A stretch of 64,000 bases of DNA from Clostridia bacterium (GTDB lineage: Bacteria > Bacillota > Clostridia > JAAYHZ01), in the NCBI GenBank assembly GCA_050950825.1, contig JBMNIH010000003.1:224001-288000 (forward strand), read 5' to 3'. Numbering within the stretch: the stretch's first letter is position 1; the number at the start of each line of letters is the position of its first letter. Below the pieces are notes generated by a model that was given only the letters and a program-made list of their open reading frames with translations, searched no databases and was not told the origin of the DNA. This document shows, one piece after another, positions 41,049 through 50,934 of this stretch. Position numbers and translations under genes: made by a program.

Positions 41049-41657
41049 CTATTTCCCCTCAAAAATTTGCTTCAAATATTCGGGTACTTTGGTTTCGGCG
41101 CTCTCATTGATTAACGTGATTTTCGCTCCTTTTGCTTCCGCCATGTTGGTAAATATCCAAGAGGTGGAGGTATAAAATGAAGTGCCTATTACCAAAAGCT
41201 CTTTTGTATTTGTCACCAACTTGGCCGCCTCCGAATACAAAGGGATGTTGTCTCCGTACAATACCACGTTAGGCTGAAGCTTTTCATGACACGATTTGCA
41301 GTAAATGGATTCCTCCAGCACGTCATAGCTATACCGCTTTTGGCAGCAGTCGCAGTACAAATAGTCCAAGCAGCCGTGAATCTCTACGATATTCGTGCTG
41401 CCCGCCCTTTTATGCAAGCCGTCAATGTTCATGGTGACCACCGGTACATCATACCGGGCTATCGCCAAATGCGCGGGATTTGGTTTCGCTTGGTCGCAGG
41501 TTCTTCTCATTTGATTCAATATGCGGTAGAAGTCTTCCGTATATCGGTTGAAGTAATCGCGGCTGAGTTTTTCCCTAAGATCCCCCATCTCTGCGAATGT
41601 GGGAATTCCGCTTGCCTTGGAAATACCGGCACCCGTAAAAGCAACGATTCTGTACAT
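41049..41657 (-). CDS. Sir2/CobB-type NAD-dependent deacylase
   Basis: TGAGISKASGIPTF, NIDGLH, EIHG, two CxxC, PNVVLYG, IGTS. Confidence 0.9.
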   Translation of the reverse strand: MYRIVAFTGAGISKASGIPTFAEMGDLREKLSRDYFNRYTEDFYRILNQMRRTCDQAKPNPAHLAIARYDVPVVTMNIDGLHKRAGSTNIVEIHGCLDYLYCDCCQKRYSYDVLEESIYCKSCHEKLQPNVVLYGDNIPLYSEAAKLVTNTKELLVIGTSFYTSTSWIFTNMAEAKGAKITLINESAETKVPEYLKQIFEGK

Positions 41658-41717
41658 CTTCTTTCATGCCCCGAAGGATAAGCTTGGGGCATTTTCCTCC
41701 TTCCACATATATTGTCA

Positions 41718-42605
41718 TCAACCTATGCTTGTCCGCTTTAATTCCGCTACGACAATCTCCGGTCGATTGAAAACGCGTAAGTTAATTGTACTGTTTCCTA
41801 ACCCTCTGCTTACGATCATTCTCGTGTTGTTTTTCGTGTAAATTCCTTCGGAATATTCCGGAAAGAAAACTCTTTCGGGTGACAAAAGCCCTCCTACACC
41901 GGGCAATCGTATGACGCCTCCGTGAACGTGGCCGCATAAAACCAAATCGGCTCCCCAATCGGCATAAGCCTGAAAGTGCAAAGGATTATGGGTGAGCAGC
42001 AGGTTAAAGCAACGCTCCGAGCATTCTCCCAACAAATCGGTCAAATTCTTTTCGGTAAACTCGACTTTGCTAAATTTTGTATCCCTCATATTTCGATAAT
42101 ATTTAAGATCCGTTTGCAATCCGTAGAGCCGAATTTGTTCGGAGCCTTTTTTAATAACCAGCTTTTCGTTATTGAGAACGACAACCCCCGCATTTCTTAT
42201 CTTTTCCAAATACTTCGGCAAAAATGCAGGATCCCAATACGCCGTAAACTGCTCGTGGTTTCCGGTTACATAATAGCAGCGGTATTTTGTCAAATGAGGC
42301 AGGAGGTCCAAAAAGACCCTGCCGTCATCGTTTCGGTTATTCATCATATCTCCGGTAATCACGACGATGTCCGGTTGTATTTCGTCTATTTTTTCAAGCA
42401 GCCTGCGGTTGTCTTTTCCGAACCTTTTGCTGTGCAAATCGGATAAATGGCATAGGGTAAATCCGTCCATCCCGGAAGGGATCTTCGAAGATTCTATTAT
42501 ATATCGGCTAACCTTAAGCCGGTTGTTTTGGTACAATTGAAATATAATAAGCAGCAATACAATGAGTGCCGTGAGAAATACAGGTTGTTCCGTTAAAAAT
42601 GTCAT
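41718..42605 (-). CDS. Metallophosphoesterase (YkuE-like)
   Basis: SDLH, TGD, GNHE and GHVHGG motifs; N-terminal TM helix. Confidence 0.9.
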   Translation of the reverse strand: MTFLTEQPVFLTALIVLLLIIFQLYQNNRLKVSRYIIESSKIPSGMDGFTLCHLSDLHSKRFGKDNRRLLEKIDEIQPDIVVITGDMMNNRNDDGRVFLDLLPHLTKYRCYYVTGNHEQFTAYWDPAFLPKYLEKIRNAGVVVLNNEKLVIKKGSEQIRLYGLQTDLKYYRNMRDTKFSKVEFTEKNLTDLLGECSERCFNLLLTHNPLHFQAYADWGADLVLCGHVHGGVIRLPGVGGLLSPERVFFPEYSEGIYTKNNTRMIVSRGLGNSTINLRVFNRPEIVVAELKRTSIG

Positions 42606-42778
42606 CGAATAAAAGCTCCGTCACAAAGGTTATGGTTTTGAATATTATTATATATAAAAGGCGGGCGGATTACAAAGCATTAAAAATTGCCCGCTCCGGT
42701 CAGGCTCCCCGAAATTCCTCCTTCTTTCTCACCTGTTTTCATCTTCGGGCATATAATGAATAAGAACCGATCGGAGGT

Positions 42779-43282
42779 GTGTTCATGCATAGCTTATCCG
42801 GAATTGAAATACCAAGAAACATACATAGAGCCGTCGCCGTTATAGAAGGGGGACCTTTAAGACCGGAAATCCGGGGAATCGTCGTATTTACCGAAATGGA
42901 CGACGGAACGGAGGTGTGCGTATCGGTAGAAGGCCTGCCCGATTACCGGCCTGCGGAAGGCAATTCCCAACCCGTCGGACCTCACGGTTTTCACATACAC
43001 GAATTCGGAGATTGCTCCGAAGGAGATCCGAATATGCCCTTTCAATCGGCAGGAGGGCATTGGAATCCGTACAACATGCCCCACGGAAATCATGCCGGGG
43101 ATCTTCCTTCCTTGTTTTCCAACGATGGTGTAGCAAAAATGTGTTTTTATACGAATAAATTCAAACCGGCCGATGTGGTAGGAAAAGCCGTAATTATCCA
43201 TGAAAACCCTGATGATTACAGGTCCCAGCCTTCCGGAAACGCCGGAAGAAGGTTGGCTTGCGGCATTATCCGTGCAGACTGA
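42779..43282 (+). CDS. Cu/Zn superoxide dismutase family protein
   Basis: HGFHIHE, GGHWNP, HGNHAGDL, IIHENPDD, GNAGRRLACG. Confidence 0.92.
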   Translation: MFMHSLSGIEIPRNIHRAVAVIEGGPLRPEIRGIVVFTEMDDGTEVCVSVEGLPDYRPAEGNSQPVGPHGFHIHEFGDCSEGDPNMPFQSAGGHWNPYNMPHGNHAGDLPSLFSNDGVAKMCFYTNKFKPADVVGKAVIIHENPDDYRSQPSGNAGRRLACGIIRAD

Positions 43283-43315
43283 TCCTACATTTCGTAATAT
43301 ACAAAAACCCCCTTC

Positions 43316-43347
43316 GACGTCCGACATTGTCGGATGTCTCTTTTTTT
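43316..43347 (+). terminator. Intrinsic terminator
   Basis: GACGTCCGAC / GTCGGATGTC hairpin followed by a T run. Confidence 0.65.
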
Positions 43348-43422
43348 GCATTTTTTCGATTCCTTGTATCTAACATAATTGACATGATATAATCAAATTG
43401 ATTAAGGTGAAAGGATGATCCT

Positions 43423-44358
43423 ATGTTTTTACCGATTCTTTGCGGAACATTGGCTTTTCTCGCGATCTTAGGCTTTGCTTTATCCGGATTCATCATTAAA
43501 AAAAGACCTTCTCGAAAACACGACATCCACGAATACATGCGCAGCAATCTTCCTGAAGGAGAATGGGATGCCCTTCTTAAAAGATACAATAATTCGGATA
43601 AGCAGGTTTTGGAATTGAAATCGCCTTTCGGATACATTGTGAAAGGATACGCGGTTTTTGTCCATCCCGAATCCAAAAAGTGGATCGTTTTATCCCACGG
43701 CGTAACCGCTTCGAAAACCCGGTCTCTTATGTATGCATCGATCTTCGACGGACTCGGCTTCAATTACTGCATATACGACCACCGATACCATGGAGATACC
43801 CAAGGCAAAAACATTTCCTACGGCTATTACGAACGCCATGATTTAAAGCTTATCGCAGATGAAATCAAAAAGCGCTATTCTCCCGAAATTTTAGGTATCC
43901 ACGGCGAGTCCATGGGTTCCGGAATCGCTCTTCTGTACGCCGGATCCATTGAAGACGGCGCCGACTTTTATATTATCGATTGTCCCTATGACAATTTTTA
44001 CGAAGAAGTCCGATACCGTTTTGCCTGCGCTCTTCCTCTGCCTTTATTCATGCAAAACCTCATACTGTCTTTTACGGACCTTTTTATTCGCCTTCGAGCC
44101 GGCTTTTCTTTAAAAGAGGTCAATCCGTCCCTCTATACGAAAAACATTAAAAATCCGGTTTTGTTTATCACAAGCAAAGAAGACACCTACATTCCTCCTT
44201 CCATGACTCAAAACCTATATGACTTAAAGAAGGAGGGCATAAAAAAGCTCTATATTGCGGAAAAAGGCGGTCATGCCCAAGCCTATATAGAGAATCCGGA
44301 GGAATATAAAAAGGAAGTTACCGATTTCTTAAAAGAAATCTTCCCTTCCTCGTTTTAA
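43423..44358 (+). CDS. Alpha/beta hydrolase (YqkD-like)
   Basis: HG, GESMG nucleophile elbow, catalytic Asp/His region; N-terminal TM helix. Confidence 0.88.
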   Translation: MFLPILCGTLAFLAILGFALSGFIIKKRPSRKHDIHEYMRSNLPEGEWDALLKRYNNSDKQVLELKSPFGYIVKGYAVFVHPESKKWIVLSHGVTASKTRSLMYASIFDGLGFNYCIYDHRYHGDTQGKNISYGYYERHDLKLIADEIKKRYSPEILGIHGESMGSGIALLYAGSIEDGADFYIIDCPYDNFYEEVRYRFACALPLPLFMQNLILSFTDLFIRLRAGFSLKEVNPSLYTKNIKNPVLFITSKEDTYIPPSMTQNLYDLKKEGIKKLYIAEKGGHAQAYIENPEEYKKEVTDFLKEIFPSSF

Positions 44359-44383
44359 CGCTTCCTTCAAAAACCTAGAATTA

Positions 44384-45337
44384 TTATTGAATTAACACTT
44401 CGTCCGTTCCGTCGATGTCGCTTCGGTAGATACGGCCGTCCGTCATTTTCCGATAGAAGATGTATTGGTCGGTAACATTGATATGTACCGCCAAGTCTTT
44501 GGAGAAGGACTGGCTGCTGTTATCGCCGATTTTTTGCCTGAACAATCCACCGTTGTCACCGTCTCCGGAAAAATAGATTACGTCTTGGTTCACGTTGTAG
44601 GAGAATACGTTCTTGTCGGTAATAACCTTTTTATTCTCTCCGTTCTTGCCTACCGAAGTAAATCGGTAATCGTTGTATCCGTCCTTAAAATAGATGGTAT
44701 CTCCGTAAACCATCATGGACAAGACGCCTCCCACGCCTAAGCTCGTATTGTCCGATCCGTCGTGCTTCATTTTATAAAGCCCTAAATCCAAGCCGGAAAC
44801 GTAATAAATATAGTTTTCGTCCATGGCTAGGCTGACGGCGGAATCGTTCGATATCTTTTTCATGTCCTTTCCGTCAAAAGAACAGCTGTGAATCGTATTT
44901 TTGTCCAACGGGTTGATAAAATAGATTCGATCTTGGTAATGGGACAGAGAAAGCGGTTTATAAGGCAGTATCAGCTTTACCTCTTTCGTTTCCTTGTTGA
45001 AGCTGTAGTAGCCTTCGTCCTTCCTCAACGTTCCGTCGTTTTTTTCAATCCCACCGTAGAAATATATATACGTATCATAAACATTAAGCATTCCGTGAAT
45101 GGAACCGTCTATGGTATAAAGCTCATTAACCGTATCGTTTTCAATTTCAAACAGGGACTTTCCATCGGTGTAGACCGTCACTTTTCCGTTGCCTACGGCA
45201 ATCCCTCCGTTTATACTGTTTCCGGAATTGTCGTAGAATTCACTTTTTTTCTCACCGTTGCATCCCGTAAAAACGGTTGATAAAAACAAAATGAATAAAA
45301 CGAAAATCCCGATATGTTTTTTGCCGTAAAAAGACAT
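44384..45337 (-). CDS. DUF5050-like beta-propeller lipoprotein
   Basis: Lipobox FTGC; GNSINGG; repeated IYF/IYY blades. Confidence 0.75.
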   Translation of the reverse strand: MSFYGKKHIGIFVLFILFLSTVFTGCNGEKKSEFYDNSGNSINGGIAVGNGKVTVYTDGKSLFEIENDTVNELYTIDGSIHGMLNVYDTYIYFYGGIEKNDGTLRKDEGYYSFNKETKEVKLILPYKPLSLSHYQDRIYFINPLDKNTIHSCSFDGKDMKKISNDSAVSLAMDENYIYYVSGLDLGLYKMKHDGSDNTSLGVGGVLSMMVYGDTIYFKDGYNDYRFTSVGKNGENKKVITDKNVFSYNVNQDVIYFSGDGDNGGLFRQKIGDNSSQSFSKDLAVHINVTDQYIFYRKMTDGRIYRSDIDGTDEVLIQ

Positions 45338-45532
45338 GTCATCCTCCCTTAGTATAATACTCACTTAGTATAGCATAAATATTGCTTCTTTATTAAGAAA
45401 ATATCTGTTTGCTTTTCTTGGATAGTTTAACCCGTCAAATTCTTAACCTAGTATAATATAATGCAAAACGGGTATTTTGTAAAGTCATATTTAACATTTC
45501 ATTAACGGTAGCGAAAAAAAAACGTAATAAAT

Positions 45533-45985
45533 TTACGTTTTCTTTTCCGATACGGTTTTACAAACCGGGCAAGTAATTCGTAGCTTCCCTTTGTTTTTCG
45601 GAACTCTTAACATGTTTCCGCATTTTTTACATTTGAAAAAGACGTAGTCTTTTTTCTGCGCCTGAACGGTTTTATACAAGGATTTTTTTCTTCTAAACCA
45701 ATTGACGATACTCATCGTTACGTTTTTTACGATTCGAAAAACCTTGCCTATATGCCTTCCGATATTTTTTTGAAACCAAGCCTGCTCCGCCCGTCTTTTG
45801 TCCGTATTCCTCGAGAAGGTGCGGAATAACGCATATCCCAAAATGGGGTAGCTTAACAGCCTTACATAAGGAATGTACAAAAACAAAAAGGACAAAACCA
45901 ATAGAAATATGTTAAAAGTGTCTCCCCCGTATCGGCCGTAGAAAAATCTTCGGAGCGATTGCATCAATCGTTCGAAAAAATTCAC
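45533..45985 (-). CDS. Conserved membrane protein with C-terminal Zn ribbon
   Basis: GRYGGD, two TM helices, FRTFSRN, CKKC...LRVP...CPVC. Confidence 0.75.
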   Translation of the reverse strand: MNFFERLMQSLRRFFYGRYGGDTFNIFLLVLSFLFLYIPYVRLLSYPILGYALFRTFSRNTDKRRAEQAWFQKNIGRHIGKVFRIVKNVTMSIVNWFRRKKSLYKTVQAQKKDYVFFKCKKCGNMLRVPKNKGKLRITCPVCKTVSEKKT

Positions 45986-46197
45986 GTTAAATACACTCCT
46001 TTCACCTTTCGAATAATCTATTATAACATGTTTATTTCATATTCGGTAAGATATGATTCATATATTTTATAGGAATTTCTCTTTCGTTTCTCTTTCGAAA
46101 AAATTTTTGTATGCGACAGTCATCTTTTGAAACCATCAATCATATCTTAAAGTAAATAGAGTCTAAAAAAATTTTTTAAAAAACCTTTAGGTAATAT

Positions 46198-46226
46198 TTG
46201 ACATTTATGTAATCATATTATATAAT
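46198..46226 (+). promoter_or_regulatory. Consensus sigma-A promoter
   Basis: TTGACA-17 nt-TATAAT. Confidence 0.8.
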
Positions 46227-46266
46227 GACTTTATTAAAAAACGGTACGTATGGGGAATCATGAAAG

Positions 46267-47040
46267 ATGTTAAAGACGAGGGGAATGGTAATCTTTTTCA
46301 TAGCGGCAGGGACGGTATTGTTCATTCTAACATACTTTTTTACTTATGCATCCGTAAACGGTGCCGCAACGGTATCGCAAAACAAGCCCATTGAAATCGA
46401 GTTGAACAATGCCGATCGTATAACCATGGATCTCCAACGGGCAAACGTTATCTTTTATAAAAACAAGGATAATCGCATCCTCATTACATACGAACCGGGA
46501 TTATACGAGTCGGTTCCCGATTACGAAACGATGAAGCCTCAAGTAAAATACTCGAAAAACGAACTGCGGATTAAAATGCGTTCTTCCGACCACATACCCA
46601 CAATCAATATCTATATTCCCTCTTCCTTAAAGCATGTTACCGTACTTCATGAAGAAGGAAGCCTTCTTTTCAACGACGATTGTACTTACGGCTTAACGGT
46701 TGAGGGTAAAAAAAGCGAAGTCAAAATCAACTATATTCGTTCGTTGTTGAACATAAACGTAGCCGAAGGCAATGTGACCGTATTGAAGGGATTCCTGCCG
46801 AAGGGAAGCGGTATTAAGGTCAAAATAGGAAATATTCGCTTATGTGCGCTATTGGATGACGGAGATTATACCTTCTCCACCGATTACGGCAATATCGATT
46901 TTAAAAGCGGAACCGAAGGTATCGTTTTAGCTCCTTTAGGCTACACCCTTAAAAACGAATTTCCGACTTATACAGCCGGAAACGTTTTTGTAACGTTGGA
47001 CAGCAAGGTCGGATCCATATCCGCCCTTGCCGAATTTTAA
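46267..47040 (+). CDS. DUF4097-like (adhesin-type beta repeat) membrane-anchored protein
   Basis: N-terminal TM helix; repeated EGNV, IGNI, YGNI and VGSI strands. Confidence 0.6.
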   Translation: MLKTRGMVIFFIAAGTVLFILTYFFTYASVNGAATVSQNKPIEIELNNADRITMDLQRANVIFYKNKDNRILITYEPGLYESVPDYETMKPQVKYSKNELRIKMRSSDHIPTINIYIPSSLKHVTVLHEEGSLLFNDDCTYGLTVEGKKSEVKINYIRSLLNINVAEGNVTVLKGFLPKGSGIKVKIGNIRLCALLDDGDYTFSTDYGNIDFKSGTEGIVLAPLGYTLKNEFPTYTAGNVFVTLDSKVGSISALAEF

Positions 47041-47139
47041 ATTGCCCCACCCGGAACCGGTTTGTTTTCTCAACCTTTCAAGCCGGTTTCCATTCCCTTT
47101 ATTGCTGTGCGTCTCCTTGCACAGCCTTTTTTTATTTCT

Positions 47140-48816
47140 TTAAAAAGCTTCTCCCTTTTGCTCGTTGGCCAAGCTCCTCAGCTTTTTCATGACGTTGTTT
47201 TGGCCTCGGCCGAAATAGTCGTGAAGCGCCCTGTACTCTTCGTACAAAGAGTCATAAACCCTTTTGTAAGAACCGTTAGGGCGGTAAGTCACGGTATCCT
47301 TGCCGGCCATGCGCTCCGCCGCATCGGACAGAAGGTCGTATCCTCCCGCCTTACTTCCCGCAGCTGCAGCGGCGAACATTGCCGCACCCAGTGCGCCGAT
47401 TTGGGAGGTCTTGTTTACCGTTATCTCCATCCCCAATACATCGGCAAAAACCTGCATGACAAAGGGGCTTTTTACGGCGATTCCTCCCGCCGCCACGATT
47501 CCTTCGATAGGAACGCCGCTATTAATAAAGGTTTCCACGATCATTCGGGTTCCGAAGGCGGTGGCTTCCGTCAAGGCTCGGTATATTTCTTCGGGCTTGG
47601 TCTGTAAGGTGCATCCCACAATCATTCCGGACAGGTCCGCATCTACCAATACGGAACGATTTCCGTTCCACCAGTCCAAAGCCAACAGACCGCTCTCACC
47701 GGGCTTTAATCGGGATGCTAACATATCCAAATGCGCAAGAAGCTTTCTCTTATCGGCTTTTGCCTCTTGTTCTATATAAGAAGGACACGCATTTTCCGCA
47801 AACCAAGCAAAGTGGTCTCCCATACAAGCTTGCCCCGCTTCGTATCCGAAATATCCGGGTATAATGCCGTCCTCCACCACGCCGCTGATACCGGGCACAT
47901 GCTTTTCTTTTTCTCCTAGCAATAGGTGGCACATGGATGTCCCCACGATCATAAAAAGCTTCCCCGGTTTTGTAATACCCACCCCGAGTACGGCGGCATG
48001 GGCGTCAATGACGGATACCGCAACGGAGGTTCCCTCCGACAAGCCGGAAAGTGCGGCGCCGCATCGATTGATTTCCCCCGCTTTTGAGCCTGCAGGCATC
48101 ACTTCCCCCGGAAGCTTTTCTTCAACCAACTTCTCCAATCGCACATCCAGCGCTTTTAAAAAGTCCTTCGTAGGGTATCCCTCTTTTTTATGCCAAGTCG
48201 CCTTGTATCCGGCCATACAGCTGCTTTTGACGATATTTCCGGTAAGGACATAAACGAGCCAATCTCCGGCTTCTACTAAGGCCGCCATGGACTCGTAGAT
48301 CTCGGGATCCTCGTCCAAAATTTGCATCGCCTTCGGTATCAGCCATTCGGAAGAAATTTTTCCGCCATAGCGATCCAAAAATGCTTCCTTTCTTTCAAAG
48401 GCCAGCCTGTTGACCCGATCCGCTTCATACTGGGCGGCATGGTGCTTCCAAAGCTTCACGTAGGCGTGGGGTCGTTTTTTGTATTTCTCTTGGAAGCATA
48501 AGGGATTCATGTTTTCATCCACGGGTATAACGGTGCATGCGGTAAAATCAATCCCCAAGCCGATCACTTCCGTTTTGTCTGCACCCCCCTTTTCCATGAC
48601 AGCCGGAACCAAGTATTGAACCGCGTCCAAATAGTCCTGCGGGTGCTGAAGAGCCCAATTTATACCTAAGGGAGTTCCGTCCGGCAAAGCTCTGTCCATA
48701 ACGCCGTGAGGATAATCAAAAACACAGTCCGCTAAGATTCTTCCGTTTTGTACGTTTACAAGAACCGCTCGAGCGGATAAGGTACCGAAATCTAAACCGA
48801 TAACATACTTTGCCAT
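47140..48816 (-). CDS. araB: L-ribulokinase
   Basis: GLDFGTLSAR, GIDFTACT, KLWKHHAAQ, LDWWNGNRS, EATAFG. Confidence 0.93.
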   Translation of the reverse strand: MAKYVIGLDFGTLSARAVLVNVQNGRILADCVFDYPHGVMDRALPDGTPLGINWALQHPQDYLDAVQYLVPAVMEKGGADKTEVIGLGIDFTACTVIPVDENMNPLCFQEKYKKRPHAYVKLWKHHAAQYEADRVNRLAFERKEAFLDRYGGKISSEWLIPKAMQILDEDPEIYESMAALVEAGDWLVYVLTGNIVKSSCMAGYKATWHKKEGYPTKDFLKALDVRLEKLVEEKLPGEVMPAGSKAGEINRCGAALSGLSEGTSVAVSVIDAHAAVLGVGITKPGKLFMIVGTSMCHLLLGEKEKHVPGISGVVEDGIIPGYFGYEAGQACMGDHFAWFAENACPSYIEQEAKADKRKLLAHLDMLASRLKPGESGLLALDWWNGNRSVLVDADLSGMIVGCTLQTKPEEIYRALTEATAFGTRMIVETFINSGVPIEGIVAAGGIAVKSPFVMQVFADVLGMEITVNKTSQIGALGAAMFAAAAAGSKAGGYDLLSDAAERMAGKDTVTYRPNGSYKRVYDSLYEEYRALHDYFGRGQNNVMKKLRSLANEQKGEAF

Positions 48817-48862
48817 ATGAACCTTCCTTCCTTTTTTTCTTCTATGGATACTTCTTTGTTTG

Positions 48863-48893
48863 GAAAAATCCCACTTTGGCAAGTGGGATTTTT
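48863..48893 (-). terminator. Hairpin between the oxidoreductase gene and araB
   Basis: GAAAAATCCCACTT / AAGTGGGATTTTTC. Confidence 0.65.
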
Positions 48894-48907
48894 CGGTTTT
48901 TCAATCT

Positions 48908-50005
48908 TCATTCCAATCTTCCGTGCATCGGATTGGAGGGAAGAGGCTGCGGTCTTTCGCATGTCGTTTCCAACACATAGTTGGATTTGGTATCCGAAGC
49001 GATGTGGATGCCGTGCATGATTTCCAAGACGTGGCATGCCAACTCTCCGGAGCAGCGATTCTTTCTTCCCGTTTTTAAAGCGTAAGCCATATCGGCCACA
49101 CCGATTCCGCGAGAATTGTCACGGTACATATGGGTCAAGGGGACTTCGGTCCATTCATTTCGACGAATTTTTACCTTGACGGGGCCGCCGAAAACGTTCG
49201 GGTCCGGAACGGACAGAGAGCCTTCCGTACCGTATATTTCGATAAAGGGTACGTTACCTCCGAATACGTCAAAGCTGGTCACAATGGTTCCGATGGCACC
49301 GTTTTTGAAATTCAAAAGTCCGGTTACGTGGGTAGGCACTTCCACATCCATAACGGTTCCTGCCAAGGGCTTGCTTGTTATGATTCTTTGTTTACGGGTC
49401 ATGCTTACCGAGCCTGCCACGCTTTCTACGGGTCCTAGCAAATTCACCAGCGCGGTCAAGTAGTAGGGTCCCATATCGAACATGGGGCCGCCGCCCTTTT
49501 TGTAGTAGAATTGGGGAGCAGGATGCCAGCTTTCGTGGCCGGGGCAAAGCATAAAGGCCGTAGCTCCTATGGGTTGTCCGATCCAACCGTCGTCAATTAA
49601 TTTTCTGCAGGTTTGGATTCCGGCTCCTAAGAAAGTATCCGGTGCGGCACCCAATAACAATTTTTTCTCATTCGCCTTTTTCACCAATGCTTTCCCTTCT
49701 TCAAAAAGGACGGACAAAGGCTTTTCGGTGTGAACGGATTTGCCGGCATCCAAAGCGGCGTCACAGACGGAAAAGTGAGCATTGGGCGTGGTCAGGTTGA
49801 GGATGATTTCGATTTCGTCGTCATTCAACATATCTTCAACGGTATACGCCTTTATACCGTACTCTTCCGCTTTCGCCTTGGCTCTTTCAAAAACGATGTC
49901 GGCACAAGCCTTTACTTCAAGAATTTCAAAAACCTCGATACAGTTTTTAAAGTAGATGGGACTGATATTGCCGCAACCGATAATACCGATTTTTACTTTC
50001 TCCAT
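48908..50005 (-). CDS. Gfo/Idh/MocA family oxidoreductase
   Basis: GIIGCGNIS, EKPL, APDTFLG, GPMFDMGPYY. Confidence 0.93.
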   Translation of the reverse strand: MEKVKIGIIGCGNISPIYFKNCIEVFEILEVKACADIVFERAKAKAEEYGIKAYTVEDMLNDDEIEIILNLTTPNAHFSVCDAALDAGKSVHTEKPLSVLFEEGKALVKKANEKKLLLGAAPDTFLGAGIQTCRKLIDDGWIGQPIGATAFMLCPGHESWHPAPQFYYKKGGGPMFDMGPYYLTALVNLLGPVESVAGSVSMTRKQRIITSKPLAGTVMDVEVPTHVTGLLNFKNGAIGTIVTSFDVFGGNVPFIEIYGTEGSLSVPDPNVFGGPVKVKIRRNEWTEVPLTHMYRDNSRGIGVADMAYALKTGRKNRCSGELACHVLEIMHGIHIASDTKSNYVLETTCERPQPLPSNPMHGRLE

Positions 50006-50026
50006 TATGTTCCACCTTCTTTCTTT

Positions 50027-50752
50027 TTAGAACATTTTTTTATTGCTCTTAAATATATCGGACGTAAGTCCTTCCTTTAAGACGATATCCTTTCCTTCCG
50101 CCGCCCACAAGAAGCCTCTTCTCATGGTTTCATACGCTTCGGGAATTTCGAAAATGTCGGCATGATGTCCTAATGACGAATAGAATACTCGCCCTAAGCC
50201 CCATTTCTTCGTCCACAATACCGGCATATCCACGGAACCGTTGGAAGAGTGATACCACGTAACGGTGGGGTATCTTGTTACGGCAAGAACATCCACGGCG
50301 GGATCCACGTGAAGATAATATTGCTCGCTCTTTACAACAAAATCTTTTATGCCTTCCACGATGGGGCTGGAAGAAGATTTTTTTATCTCGACAAGGTATT
50401 CGACACCGTCTCCGCCCGGATGAGAAACCCAATTGCCTCCGGTGATGAACTGCCATTCCACGCATTCGCGGAATGCGTCGCACATACCGCCGTGGCATCC
50501 GGCGATACCCGTACCGGCTGCAACCGCTTCGCTGACGTTGTTCACTTGATCACGGGTAATTTTACCCATGGTCCATATGGGTATGATCAAATGCAGCGAC
50601 TTTAACATTTCCAAATCAAGAAAAGAATCCAATGTTTCCGAAATCGTTACTTGAAAACCTTCCTTTTTTAGCATGGCAGAAAAGACTTCCGACACTTCGA
50701 CGGGCTCATGGCCTGTCCATCCGCCTCGGACAATTAAGACTTGTTTGGACAT
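50027..50752 (-). CDS. ThuA-like domain protein
   Basis: GGWTGHEP, GCHGG, SEQYY, GRVFYSSLGH. Confidence 0.88.
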   Translation of the reverse strand: MSKQVLIVRGGWTGHEPVEVSEVFSAMLKKEGFQVTISETLDSFLDLEMLKSLHLIIPIWTMGKITRDQVNNVSEAVAAGTGIAGCHGGMCDAFRECVEWQFITGGNWVSHPGGDGVEYLVEIKKSSSSPIVEGIKDFVVKSEQYYLHVDPAVDVLAVTRYPTVTWYHSSNGSVDMPVLWTKKWGLGRVFYSSLGHHADIFEIPEAYETMRRGFLWAAEGKDIVLKEGLTSDIFKSNKKMF

Positions 50753-50887
50753 AAAGCTCTCTCCTTTCAAAATCCCTAAAGGATTGATTTAACCTTATGT
50801 TAAATCTCCGTAAATCATCATAACATAACGAAAGCCCGGAATCCACAATGTCAGGGAAATTATGAACAAGTATTTAAAAACGCGCAA

Positions 50888-50918
50888 AAAAGGCAAAGAT
50901 CCTTTGACCTTTGCCTTT
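50888..50918 (-). terminator. Intrinsic terminator
   Basis: AAAGGCAAAG / CTTTGCCTTT. Confidence 0.6.
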
Positions 50919-50934
50919 ATATATTCAATCCGAT

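Noticed and set aside
41049-41657. Sir2 protein as an anti-phage effector
   Set aside because: Short Zn-ribbon CobB-type deacylase in housekeeping context with no defence partner.
36032-45447. Shared motif CCCGTCAA(A)TTCTTAA near 36032 and 45431
   Set aside because: Only two copies, both containing a -35-like hexamer; could be chance.
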